Positions 31,387 to 41,218 of a stretch of 64,000 nt of DNA are shown here, piece by piece. The notes under the pieces were generated by a model. The model was not told where the DNA came from and made no database searches. It saw only the letters and a program-made list of their open reading frames with translations. How positions within the stretch are numbered: the stretch's first letter is position 1; each line of letters begins with the position of its first letter. A program made the position numbers and the translations under genes. Source of the stretch: Desulfatiglandales bacterium (GTDB taxonomy: Bacteria > Desulfobacterota > DSM-4660 > Desulfatiglandales > Desulfatiglandaceae); NCBI GenBank assembly GCA_963666345.1, contig OY762721.1, forward strand, positions 2,304,001 through 2,368,000. Reading direction: 5' to 3'.

Positions 31387-31618
31387 AAGACAACGCAAAT
31401 TGCCGTTATCTGTCAAAAAGCGTTGTTATGAAATCTTTATTGCCCGGGATGATGTCGCTTTGTCCCGGCATAAGGCATTTGTAATGTAAGGCCCCAGAAA
31501 TTTGTATCATGGGGTCTGTAAGAAAATGGATCATCTCCCGATTAGATGAAAATAGGACTATCATGAAATATGCCATAATTTCATCGGGAATAAAAACAGG
31601 AGGGGAGGTTGAGATGTT

Positions 31619-31996
31619 ATGGATTTAAATATGGAGGTTCTTGTTGTTGATGATTTTGCAACAATGAGGAGGATTTTAAAAAATATCCTGAGGCAGATCG
31701 GTTTTACCAACATCAGTGAGGCTGATGATGGTAAAGATGCATTAAATATGCTTAAAAAAAAGAAATTTGATTTGATATTGTGTGACTGGAATATGCCGGA
31801 GATGCCCGGTATAGAGTTGTTGAAACGGGTCAGGGCGGATGACGGGCTAAAAGACATAGCCTTTGTAATGGTTACAGCCGAAGCAAAGAAAGAAAATATT
31901 TTAGCGGCAGTACAGGAAGGTGTGAGTAATTACGTGGTAAAACCTTTTACAGCGGAAACCATAAGCGAAAAATTGGAGAAGGTTTTCGGCAGTTGA
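31619..31996 (+). CDS. cheY: Chemotaxis response regulator
   Basis: VVDDFATMRRI, DWNMP, MVTAEAKKENI and YVVKPFTA (E. coli-type). Confidence 0.96.
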   Translation: MDLNMEVLVVDDFATMRRILKNILRQIGFTNISEADDGKDALNMLKKKKFDLILCDWNMPEMPGIELLKRVRADDGLKDIAFVMVTAEAKKENILAAVQEGVSNYVVKPFTAETISEKLEKVFGS

Positions 31997-32007
31997 TATA
32001 AAAGGGG

Positions 32008-32412
32008 TTGAAAATGGATATAAATAATATTAGAAGGTTGTGCGGGGCAGGGTTCCAGGCTTCCCCTAAGTTGAATGGGGATAAGGGGTTCAGGGAAATT
32101 TTCGACCGGAAGACCGCCGAAGTAAATTCAACGGAAACCCTTACCGCTGAAAGAGACAAGGCAGATGCCTTGGAACATGGAAACAGGATTCTTAATCTCT
32201 TGGATGATTATGCGAGGGTTCTGGGTGATCCTGAAAAGACGCTGAAACATATTGAGCCCTTGATTGAAAATATAAAAAATGAGGCAGACCTTATTGAAAA
32301 CATAACTGCCGGGAAAATTCAAAATGACAGTGAGCTTAAGCGTTTTATTGAGGACGTAGCCATAACCGCGAATGTGGCCGCATTCAAGTTTAATCGTGGG
32401 GACTATGTCTAG
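32008..32412 (+). CDS. Hypothetical helical protein, flagellum-associated by context
   Basis: ORF between cheY and a sigma54 activator; ends KFNRGDYV; start 32008 or 32014. Confidence 0.7.
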   Translation: MKMDINNIRRLCGAGFQASPKLNGDKGFREIFDRKTAEVNSTETLTAERDKADALEHGNRILNLLDDYARVLGDPEKTLKHIEPLIENIKNEADLIENITAGKIQNDSELKRFIEDVAITANVAAFKFNRGDYV

Positions 32413-32471
32413 ATCAGCGCAAATATCGTTCGCCTTGAACTTGAAAATATCTGAGGAAAAGAGATAGGCTT

Positions 32472-33848
32472 ATGGCAAGAATTTTGGTCATAGACGATGA
32501 TCCTGTCATATTAAAGGTGATCTCCGACATATTGAAGACTTCAGACCATGAAGTAGCAACCGCCCCTGATGGAAAGGCCGGAATAAGGGAGTTAGAGAGT
32601 GATCATTATGATCTTGCCATTACAGACCTTATGATGCCGGAGGCGGGGGGGATGGATGTGCTTGACGTCGTGTTGACCAATAGTCCTAAAACCACGTGCA
32701 TTATTATGACCGGCTACGGAACAATAAAAAGTTCGGTTGAGGCGATTAAAAAGGGCGCCTTTGACTATATTACTAAGCCGGTAACGGCTTCCGAGCTTTT
32801 AGTGGTTGTTGAAAAGGCCCTCAAGTTCAGAAGCCTTGAAGAAGAAAATACCAGACTTAAGAAGGAGTTGCGAAGGAAATACAGATACGACAATATCATC
32901 GGGACAAGTGATGCAATAAAGAAGATATATGAACTTATAGAAAAGGTCGCTGATACTGATGGCACAATTCTTATCTCCGGGCCTACCGGGACCGGCAAGG
33001 AGTTGATATCAAAAGCGATTCACTATAATAGCGGCAGGGATGACAAACCGCTGGTCGTTATTAATTGCGGGGCTATTCCCGAGGAATTGCTTGAAAGCGA
33101 ATTGTTCGGACACGAAAAGGGGGCATTCACAGGGGCGCATAAGACCCGGATCGGCCGATTTGAAATGGCGAACGGCGGGACCGTCTTTTTAGATGAAATA
33201 GGGGAAATGAGCCCGGCGCTGCAGGTGAAGCTTCTGCGGGTACTGCAGGAAAGAAGGTTCGAAAGGGTAGGGGGGACCAGGAGTGTTCATGTGGACGTCA
33301 GGATTATTGCCGCTACCAACAGAAATTTGACGACCGCCATAAACAACGGAACCTTCCGTGAAGACCTCTATTATAGATTGAATGTCATACCGATAAAGCT
33401 TCCCTCGTTAGCACGGCGAAAGTCTGATATCCCTTTGCTTGCCGATTTTTTTCTGAAAAAACGCCAGCACGGAAAGAAAGAAAAGATCAAAGAATTCTCA
33501 CCGGCCGCGATGGATGCCCTTATGAAGTATGATTGGCCCGGCAATGTCAGAGAGCTTGAAAATGTTATAACCAGAATAACAATCCTTTGTGATAATCAGA
33601 CTGTAGGTTTTTATGATCTACCCGAATATCTCCAGGAAGGCAGCGTGCTAAATCAACACGGTCAAGAAGAGCTACTTGGAAAAGGAAGGACTCTTTCGGA
33701 GGCCGTAAGGGATTTCGAAAAGAGGCTTATACTTGAAGCCTTGGAAAAAAGCGATGGCGTTAAAGCAAAGGCTGCAAAACTGCTGAACATCAAAAGAACG
33801 ACCCTGGTGGAGAAGATCAAAAAACAGAAGGCTGCAGAAGCAGGCTAG
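32472..33848 (+). CDS. sigma54-dependent activator REC-AAA-HTH (FleQ/FlrA-like by context)
   Basis: REC with Asp, [31 protein letters not shown] and Fis-type HTH. Confidence 0.92.
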   Translation: MARILVIDDDPVILKVISDILKTSDHEVATAPDGKAGIRELESDHYDLAITDLMMPEAGGMDVLDVVLTNSPKTTCIIMTGYGTIKSSVEAIKKGAFDYITKPVTASELLVVVEKALKFRSLEEENTRLKKELRRKYRYDNIIGTSDAIKKIYELIEKVADTDGTILISGPTGTGKELISKAIHYNSGRDDKPLVVINCGAIPEELLESELFGHEKGAFTGAHKTRIGRFEMANGGTVFLDEIGEMSPALQVKLLRVLQERRFERVGGTRSVHVDVRIIAATNRNLTTAINNGTFREDLYYRLNVIPIKLPSLARRKSDIPLLADFFLKKRQHGKKEKIKEFSPAAMDALMKYDWPGNVRELENVITRITILCDNQTVGFYDLPEYLQEGSVLNQHGQEELLGKGRTLSEAVRDFEKRLILEALEKSDGVKAKAAKLLNIKRTTLVEKIKKQKAAEAG

Positions 33849-33878
33849 GCCCTGCCATATCAGAACCAGATGTTTGTC

Positions 33879-33892
33879 GTCAAAATAGTGAC
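33879..33892. promoter_or_regulatory. FleQ/FlrA-type activator box
   Basis: GTCAAAATAGTGAC (extends to CGTCA...TGACG), about 255 bp upstream of a sigma54 promoter. Confidence 0.6.
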
Positions 33893-34147
33893 GCATTGTA
33901 CCGGCTCCCTCCCGCAATAACCGTCAAGATCGGCCCCTCACTCATATCTCTTCCTTTAATGATTGATCCCCGGTATCAAACCGTTCATTTATGTTTTTAC
34001 CAGTCTAATAATTTGTCAGGGCCTTACTCCTTAAACCCTATTGCGGGAGATGGGATTGATCAAATTAAATCATGAATAAGGCCTCCTTCCAATTACTTCC
34101 AGGGCTTCAAAGTTCCAGTCACGCAATACTCATAACTTATGTGAAAT

Positions 34148-34163
34148 TGGCATAGTACTTGCT
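34148..34163 (+). promoter_or_regulatory. sigma54 promoter of AMIN-TPR gene
   Basis: TGGCATAGTACTTGCT. Confidence 0.8.
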
Positions 34164-34175
34164 GTTAAGTTCAGC

Positions 34176-36722
34176 ATGAAATGTAATACCTTGAACAGAA
34201 TTACATCAGCCCTGCTTTTTATCTATATTTTACTGGCAGCTCCAGAGTATCTGAAGGCAGCTCCTGCGCCTGGATCGAATTCCCAAAACTGCCGGATTAA
34301 CCGGACGATATCAGTCAGTGTAGCGGAGGAAAAAAACGGGACGCGAGTCAAAGTTGCGGGTAATGGAAAAACCTATGAATACGTTACAAAAACTCTTGTC
34401 TCTCCTCCCAGGGTCCTGGTTGATATCTTTATGGTTTCGACACCCTTTAAGACCAAGACCGTTATCCCGTCAAAAAGCCGGAATATCTCCAGTATAAGGC
34501 TCGGATATCATCTCAAAAGCATCCGGGTCGTATTGGATGCAAAAGGAGAGAAAATACCCCCTTTTACGGTCAGTTCCGGGCGTAAAGGGGTTAGCATTTT
34601 TATCAAATCCCGCACAGAGGTTTCTCCGGAAGGCAGACTAGCTGAGCGAGGCGGGCAGGGGACGCAGACAGCGCCTCAGACTGAACGGGATGAGGATGGA
34701 GGAAAGGCAACCGCAGGCATAAAACAGAAGCCGGATCCTGAAACGACACTTACCCGATTAGAGGTAAATGACTGGCAGGATGATACGTCTGTTTTTTTGG
34801 AAGGCCTTAGTGCGTTTAAGGCTCAAGACTTCGCAGTGGCAATCGAAAGGCTTAATCATCTCATCAAGACATACCCGACCGGCAGATACATGGAGAGGGC
34901 CTATTTCATTCTGGCGAAATCTTATGGACAGACGTATTCAGATTCTATTCCGGCGCATTTCAGGGAAATTACAGATCATTACGAGGAGGCCATCAGAAGT
35001 TTCCCAGAGTCGGCATATGTTCCGGGCGCCATCGCTGCTATTGGAGATCTATGTTTCAGAATGAAATACCATGCAGAGGCACTGGGGTATTACAACCTTG
35101 TTCTCAAAAAATATAAGGATTCGCCGGTTGCACTGAATGCCATGATGCAGAAGGCAAAGATCTTTCATCTTAAAGGGCGAAAAAAGGAGGCTCTGTCGGT
35201 TTTAGAACTCCTGGTTTCCATAGATACGGACATGCACAGAAAAACAGAAGCAGAAATAGAGATTTCCAAGGTTCTTCATGAACTGAATTCCTTTCGTAGA
35301 TCCCTTGACAGGCTTTTTCAACTCAGGGAGAGGAATCCTCAATATATTTATCAGTACCCTGAGATCTCTTTGTACATCGGCTATAACTATCAGCAGTTGG
35401 GGGATTTTGTCAGGGCCAGAAAAAATCTGTTCCGGGTTTATAACAGCTGTCCGGACAGGAAAACAAACCATCTGATATTAACGAAGATCGGAGATACTTA
35501 TAAAGATGAAGGCTTAATCGATGATGCCGTTAAGATATATCGGCTTGTCCGAAAGCGTTATCCGGACACCGAGGGGGCGCGTATAAGTGCAATAAGGCTT
35601 GCAGAGCAGCAACAAGAAGGAAGGGGCGGCATGGTTGCGGTATCCGGTAAAGGCATAGGGAGAGATATCGGTAAGTCCAGGGAAATTTATGAAGATATAA
35701 TAAGCAATTCTCCTGACAAAGATGTGAAAGACCCGTTGAGGCAGCTTGCCCTCCTCAAGCTTGCTGTTTTACATCAGAAGGGGAAAAATTTTGACAAATG
35801 CGTCAATGCATTAAAAAAATTGTTCAAGGAATATCCTCAGACATCATTAGAAAAAGAGGCAAGATATACCCTGCAAAAGGCGGTTGAGTCGTTCTTTACG
35901 GAGGAGATGAAGGCGGAGAGATACATTAGCATAATAAATATCTACGAACGTGAAAAAAGGCTGTTTTCGATAGTTGATTCTCCCGAGCCCTTTTTGGCTG
36001 TTGCAAGGGCATGCTTAAATCTGAATCTTGAGGACATGGCCACCGAGATGTTTGTCAAGGCTGATCCTCTTTTGCAGGAAAAGGAAAAACCTCCGGATCT
36101 TCTTTTCTATTTGAGCAGGAATTTATCTGAAAATGAAAGGCCGGCACCAGCCTTGGTAACCCTTGATCTTTTGATAAACAATTACCCCTCTGACAAATAC
36201 GCGGGATACGCATACAGGTTGAAGGGAGACATCCTTTTGAGTCAGAACAGATATGCCCAGGCGGCTGAGATGTTTTCTTCCGCCCTGGACTATCCTCTAA
36301 CACGATGTGAAAGATCCAGGCTTTTGGTTGACAAAGCCGGCGCGCTGGCGAGGTGCGGCTTTAGTGAGGAGGCGTTTGCGGCAATAAGGGGGGCTGATAG
36401 TATGAAAGGGGCCTGTAACGCATGCTTTGATTACATCTATCAAGAGATAGGGGACCTCTATCTGAAACTGGGTTATCCCGAAGACGCTGCAGTTGTCTTT
36501 AATCAGGCAGCCGAGATCGTAAAAGAAAAGCCCGGGGAAATCGCTATCAAGTTCAAGCTTGCTCAATGCTACCGGCTTTTGAACAGAAGGGATGATTCCA
36601 TTGCACTTTATGCTCAGATATCGAGTTTCAACGACCCTTTCTGGAGTAATCTTGCCAAAGAGAGGATCGAAGAGATCAATTTTAACGGTGAGGTCGCAAA
36701 GCGGGCCAACTGGTCCTTTTAA
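34176..36722 (+). CDS. Exported AMIN-domain plus multi-TPR protein
   Basis: Signal-peptide-like N-terminus; LVSPPRVLVDI...IRLGYH...RVVLD (AMIN); many TPRs (LIKTYPTG, IRSFPES). Confidence 0.82.
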   Translation: MKCNTLNRITSALLFIYILLAAPEYLKAAPAPGSNSQNCRINRTISVSVAEEKNGTRVKVAGNGKTYEYVTKTLVSPPRVLVDIFMVSTPFKTKTVIPSKSRNISSIRLGYHLKSIRVVLDAKGEKIPPFTVSSGRKGVSIFIKSRTEVSPEGRLAERGGQGTQTAPQTERDEDGGKATAGIKQKPDPETTLTRLEVNDWQDDTSVFLEGLSAFKAQDFAVAIERLNHLIKTYPTGRYMERAYFILAKSYGQTYSDSIPAHFREITDHYEEAIRSFPESAYVPGAIAAIGDLCFRMKYHAEALGYYNLVLKKYKDSPVALNAMMQKAKIFHLKGRKKEALSVLELLVSIDTDMHRKTEAEIEISKVLHELNSFRRSLDRLFQLRERNPQYIYQYPEISLYIGYNYQQLGDFVRARKNLFRVYNSCPDRKTNHLILTKIGDTYKDEGLIDDAVKIYRLVRKRYPDTEGARISAIRLAEQQQEGRGGMVAVSGKGIGRDIGKSREIYEDIISNSPDKDVKDPLRQLALLKLAVLHQKGKNFDKCVNALKKLFKEYPQTSLEKEARYTLQKAVESFFTEEMKAERYISIINIYEREKRLFSIVDSPEPFLAVARACLNLNLEDMATEMFVKADPLLQEKEKPPDLLFYLSRNLSENERPAPALVTLDLLINNYPSDKYAGYAYRLKGDILLSQNRYAQAAEMFSSALDYPLTRCERSRLLVDKAGALARCGFSEEAFAAIRGADSMKGACNACFDYIYQEIGDLYLKLGYPEDAAVVFNQAAEIVKEKPGEIAIKFKLAQCYRLLNRRDDSIALYAQISSFNDPFWSNLAKERIEEINFNGEVAKRANWSF

Positions 36723-36786
36723 GAATTCATGAACCTAAGTGATTAGTATTTGCACAATTTCTGAGAAGAGGAAACGGTATTTGGAG

Positions 36787-38127
36787 ATGACAAGGAAAAA
36801 GGTACTGCTTGTTAATAATGATGCTAATGATCAGGAACATTTGAGTGAGCTTTTTGCCGAATTACGTCACCATGTTAAAACCGCGGTAGACGGTACGTCA
36901 GCATTCCAGGAAATAGCCCGGAATCATTTCGATCTTGTCATAACCGAGCTTGATTTACCCAGTATGGATGGCCTCGAACTATTAAGGAGCATAAAGGCGT
37001 ATAATAAATTCCTTCCCGTTATTATTACCTCAGCCGGTGCAAGAGTTCAGGAAGCCGTAAAGGCGATGAAGCTGGGTGCCAGTGATTTTCTTGTCAAGCC
37101 GTTTACATGCGAGACAATAGACCTTGTTATGTCCCAGATATCCTCTGATGTCGACAGGATGGATAGCGGCAAATCAAATGGAAAATCTGACATAATCACG
37201 GAAAACAAGGAAATGAACCGGCTCCTGCAGCAGGCAAGAGAGATAGCCGACAGCCAGGCGTCCGTTTTTATTCAGGGAGAATCGGGAACAGGTAAAGAAC
37301 TTTTTGCAAGATATATCCATCATCATAGCAATCGAAGGGATAAGCCTTTCGTAGCCATAAACTGCGCAGCACTGCCGGAAACGCTGCTTGAAAGTGAGTT
37401 GTTCGGCCATGAAAAGGGCTCCTTCACCGGCGCGTTTACAAGGAAAAAAGGCAAATTTGAGTTGGCGAATCACGGAACCCTGCTTCTCGATGAAATAAGC
37501 GAGATGGATTATCATCTTCAATCAAAACTTTTGAGGGTGTTACAGGAAGGTGAAATTGACAGGGTCGGAGGGGTGGAGCCGATTGCAGTGGATATAAGGG
37601 TTATTGCCACAACGAATAGAGATATAAAAAAACAGATTGAATGCGCAAATTTCAGAGAGGATCTCTATTACCGTTTAAATGTTGTTCCTTTCCTTTTGCC
37701 TCCCTTAAGGGAGCGCAGGGGTGATATCCCTCTTTTGGCAAATTATTTTATCGAAAAATACAACAGAATAGATAAAAGGGCTGTCAAAGGACTGACACAA
37801 GAGGCCATGACGTCGCTTCTGCAGATGCCATGGAAAGGAAACGTGAGGGAATTTGAAAATATAGTCGAAAGAGCGGTTTTGATGTGTGACGGGAATTTTA
37901 TAGGAGAGGACGCCCTTTGTGTGACCGAGAAAAACACACGAACTGAAAATGCGGGGTATCCCTATATGCCTCTGTTATCATTAAAAGAGATGGAGAAATC
38001 CAGTATCTTTCGTACTCTTGACCACACAAATCACAACAGGACGCATGCGGCAAAAATATTAGGAATAAGTGTGCGTACATTGAGGAATAAACTAAACGAA
38101 TATAGAAGTAAAATGGAGGCGCAGTAA
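36787..38127 (+). CDS. sigma54-dependent activator (FlrC/FlbD-like) with atypical receiver
   Basis: GESGTGKE, GSFTGA, HTH NRTHAAKILGISVRTLRNKL; directly upstream of flgB; GGAG before ATG 36787. Confidence 0.9.
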   Translation: MTRKKVLLVNNDANDQEHLSELFAELRHHVKTAVDGTSAFQEIARNHFDLVITELDLPSMDGLELLRSIKAYNKFLPVIITSAGARVQEAVKAMKLGASDFLVKPFTCETIDLVMSQISSDVDRMDSGKSNGKSDIITENKEMNRLLQQAREIADSQASVFIQGESGTGKELFARYIHHHSNRRDKPFVAINCAALPETLLESELFGHEKGSFTGAFTRKKGKFELANHGTLLLDEISEMDYHLQSKLLRVLQEGEIDRVGGVEPIAVDIRVIATTNRDIKKQIECANFREDLYYRLNVVPFLLPPLRERRGDIPLLANYFIEKYNRIDKRAVKGLTQEAMTSLLQMPWKGNVREFENIVERAVLMCDGNFIGEDALCVTEKNTRTENAGYPYMPLLSLKEMEKSSIFRTLDHTNHNRTHAAKILGISVRTLRNKLNEYRSKMEAQ

Positions 38128-38131
38128 AAAG

Positions 38132-38147
38132 AGGTATGTATTTTGCT
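38132..38147 (+). promoter_or_regulatory. sigma54 promoter of flgB operon
   Basis: AGGTATGTATTTTGCT (GG-N10-GC). Confidence 0.65.
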
Positions 38148-38262
38148 ATATAATATTTCGAAGACAATGAGGTTAGATTTTGTCCATCCAGAATGATAAG
38201 GAATATAAATTTCATGCAAAAGGGCCATTTCCGGATGGAAACCTGATAGTGAGGAAAATATT

Positions 38263-38670
38263 ATGCCGATCAGATTGCAGTCCAACAAGACATTTCATGC
38301 CCTTGAACAGGCAATCAGTATTACCCGGAAAAGACACACTCTTATAGCCGGAAACATCAGTAACCTGGATACTCCGGGCTTCAGGCCGAAAGATATCGAT
38401 TTTAAGGCAGCCATGTCCAAGGCACTGGAAGCGGATCGTGGAACTGATCTGGTGAGGACAAATCCCGGACATATAGATCCAGGGACGAACTCAGCTCATG
38501 GGAATGAAACATTTGAGGATGAATATGAATACAATGGCGTTAACTGGGTCAATATAGATAACGAGATGAGAAAGCTGACAGAGAATAAATTGATGTACAA
38601 AACGGCGGTTGAAACCCTTTTGAGAAAAATAGCCATACTTAAACAAGTCATTAGAGAGGGGGGGAACTAA
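38263..38670 (+). CDS. flgB: Flagellar basal-body rod protein
   Basis: IAGNISNLDTPGFRPKDIDF and NWVNIDNEM. Confidence 0.95.
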   Translation: MPIRLQSNKTFHALEQAISITRKRHTLIAGNISNLDTPGFRPKDIDFKAAMSKALEADRGTDLVRTNPGHIDPGTNSAHGNETFEDEYEYNGVNWVNIDNEMRKLTENKLMYKTAVETLLRKIAILKQVIREGGN

Positions 38671-38671
38671 A

Positions 38672-39097
38672 ATGAATTTTTTGATATCTCTTGAGATAAG
38701 TTCATCCGGTCTTGCTGCCCAGAGAAAGAGGATGGACGTCATTTCCAGTAATCTCGCCAATATAGAGACTACACGCACGGCGGAAGGCGGCCCCTACAGG
38801 AGAAAGATGGTTGTTATGGGCACAAAGCAAACGGAGTTGAGCTTCGACTGCGTTTTGGATTCGGAACTTGAAGGGGTTCGGATCGAAGAGGTCGTCGAGG
38901 ATGAGAGCCCCTTAAAAAAGGTGTTTAATCCGGCTCACCCCGATTCAGATGACAAGGGATATCTGCTCAAACCGAATGTGGATCTGATTGTGGAAACCAC
39001 AAACATGCTGATTGCCAGAAGGTCCTTTGAAGCCAATATAGCGGCGATAAAGACGGCTAAAGAGATGGCACTTAAGGCGCTTGAAATAGGGAGATGA
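38672..39097 (+). CDS. flgC: Flagellar basal-body rod protein
   Basis: SSNLANIETTRT, PYRRK, PAHPD, PNVD and LEIGR. Confidence 0.97.
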   Translation: MNFLISLEISSSGLAAQRKRMDVISSNLANIETTRTAEGGPYRRKMVVMGTKQTELSFDCVLDSELEGVRIEEVVEDESPLKKVFNPAHPDSDDKGYLLKPNVDLIVETTNMLIARRSFEANIAAIKTAKEMALKALEIGR

Positions 39098-39390
39098 AAA
39101 TGAGTGGACTCAAAATTAGTGCCTCGCGGGAAATACCCGTAAAAATGCCTGAAAACGTCAGCCGGAAAAAAAGCTCGGAATTCGGAGGCGTTTTAAACGA
39201 AGCTATTGGAAAAATAGATAATTTAGAAAGAGAGACAGACAGGTCGGTTGTGGATCTTCTTAGAGGTAAAACAGATATCCACGAGACAATGATAGGACTT
39301 CAGAAGCTTGATATATCCGTTAGGTTACTTCTTACGATCAGGAATAAGGCTGTTGAGGCATACAAAGAAATAATGCGTATGCAATATTGA
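39094..39390 (+). CDS. fliE: Hook-basal body protein
   Basis: DIHETMI and IRNKAVEAYKEIMRMQ. Confidence 0.95.
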   Translation: MKMSGLKISASREIPVKMPENVSRKKSSEFGGVLNEAIGKIDNLERETDRSVVDLLRGKTDIHETMIGLQKLDISVRLLLTIRNKAVEAYKEIMRMQY

Positions 39391-39446
39391 CGAATTTATA
39401 AAAATACCAATTGTGCGGACTTGACGAGACAATTTTTTGCCGTACA

Positions 39447-39460
39447 GTCATCTTTTTGAC
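39447..39460. promoter_or_regulatory. FleQ/FlrA-type box in fliE-fliF spacer
   Basis: GTCATCTTTTTGAC, with variant GACAATTTTTTGCC at 39428-39441. Confidence 0.5.
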
Positions 39461-39643
39461 TTTTTTCGAACCCTCTAATGCTGAAGTGCTATTAAAGATG
39501 TATCATCTTTTGATGCGAAGTCTGAACAGGTGACAATTCCTGAATTTAACCGGAAAAGCAGGGGAAGACTTTTACAGTATTTTTAATGTCGGTGATAAGC
39601 TCTTGAACTCAACGATTTAGCCAACAGAAAGGTCTAATTCAGG

Positions 39644-41218
39644 ATGAATGGTTCGATTACCCAATTTCTCGATTTTATCGGCTCGCTGCCCTTTTCCAAG
39701 AAAATCAGTATAGCTTTCACGTTTATCCTTGTGATTGCGGGATTCGCATTTATGTTTTTTTTGGCAAACCAGGAAGATTATCAGGTTTTGTTTAATAACC
39801 TTTCCCCTCAGGATGGAAGTTCAATTGTTGTCAGGTTGAAAGAAAAAAATATCCCATACAAAGTTGAAGCCAGCGGCACAACAATCATGGTCCCGAAAGA
39901 AAAAGTATATGAACTGCGTCTGGTCTTAGCCGGAGATGGCCTTCCCAGTGGGGGAGGTGTGGGTTTTGAAATATTTGATAAACCGGATTTCAGAACTACA
40001 AAATTTGTTCAAGAATTAAACTACAGAAGAGCCTTGCAGGGTGAGTTATCAAGAACAATAAGTATGTTCAATGAAGTAAAAGCCTCTTCGGTATTTTTGG
40101 CGATACCAAAAGATTCGCTTTTTGTTGATGATAAAAAACCGACATCCGCCTCAATTCAGTTAGATCTGAGCTCAAGACTGCCGGCAAACCGGGTTGCAGC
40201 CATTGTTCATTTAGTTGCAAATGCAGTAGAAGGCCTTGATCCAAATCATGTTACGGTTGTGGATACCAAGGGGAGGGTTCTTTTTAAAGGGGAGGTCGAA
40301 GATGACGCGTCTTCAATCTTAAGCGGTACAAAACTTGATTATAAAAGAAATAGTGAAAATGAAATAAAAGATAATGTGCAGAGCATGCTTGAAGGTATTG
40401 TAGGCCCTGGTAAGGCTATAGTAAGAGTAAGTGCTGAAATCGATTTCAACAAAGTCACCTTAAATCAAGAAGAATATGATCCTTCTTCAACAGTGGTAAG
40501 GAGTAAAAGAAATTTTGAGGAGACAATGGGTGCTGCCGAAAATGCAACCGGAAATCCTGAGACATTAGTTAACCGGAGAAGTGGGGTCTTGCCTTCTTCA
40601 AACGCGGCTCGGAAAACAAAAACAAAGAAGGATATCGCCACAAATTATGAGGTCAATAAAACAATCAGAGAAGTGATAAAACCTGCAGGAAACATCAGTC
40701 GGCTTTCCGTTGCCGCTGTTATTGACGGAACATATAAATTGGAGAGACTTAAAGATGGGACCATGAAAAAGCTTTATTCCCCTAGAAGTGAAGACGAGAT
40801 GAAAACGTTTGAAGAAATAGTAAAGAAGGCCATGGGTTATAGTGAGGACAGGGAGGATCGGGTTTCGGTTCGCTGCATCCCATTTTCAGATTCAATGCCT
40901 GCCGATATGAACGGTACTGTTGAGAGTTCAGAATTTAATCCGATAACGCTATTGACAGAAAACAGGAAAACACTTGTAAATATTGCGCTGGTCATACTGG
41001 CTTTTTTTCTCATAGTGAGACCTTTGCTCAAGAGTGTTAGAGGCATAGCACAAAGGCCTGTTTTCAAAGGTGGTGAATTGCAATCCGGTACAAAGGGCTA
41101 TGTGGAAATCCCTGTATCGGAAGGAATAAATAAACGGGAAAGAATTCTTGAAATAAGTAACAGCAACCCCGAAAAAACCAGGGAAGTCATAAAAGGATGG
41201 ATAGGTGAAAAGGAATAA
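39644..41218 (+). CDS. fliF: MS-ring protein
   Basis: GLPSGGGVGFEIFD, YRRALQGELSRTI, SASI and NYEV; two TM segments. Confidence 0.97.
   Translation: MNGSITQFLDFIGSLPFSKKISIAFTFILVIAGFAFMFFLANQEDYQVLFNNLSPQDGSSIVVRLKEKNIPYKVEASGTTIMVPKEKVYELRLVLAGDGLPSGGGVGFEIFDKPDFRTTKFVQELNYRRALQGELSRTISMFNEVKASSVFLAIPKDSLFVDDKKPTSASIQLDLSSRLPANRVAAIVHLVANAVEGLDPNHVTVVDTKGRVLFKGEVEDDASSILSGTKLDYKRNSENEIKDNVQSMLEGIVGPGKAIVRVSAEIDFNKVTLNQEEYDPSSTVVRSKRNFEETMGAAENATGNPETLVNRRSGVLPSSNAARKTKTKKDIATNYEVNKTIREVIKPAGNISRLSVAAVIDGTYKLERLKDGTMKKLYSPRSEDEMKTFEEIVKKAMGYSEDREDRVSVRCIPFSDSMPADMNGTVESSEFNPITLLTENRKTLVNIALVILAFFLIVRPLLKSVRGIAQRPVFKGGELQSGTKGYVEIPVSEGINKRERILEISNSNPEKTREVIKGWIGEKE

Noticed and set aside
31563..31578. 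Antisense sigma54-like site TGGCATATTTCATGAT before cheY
   Set aside because: The -12 is GA rather than GC, and it points at no gene.
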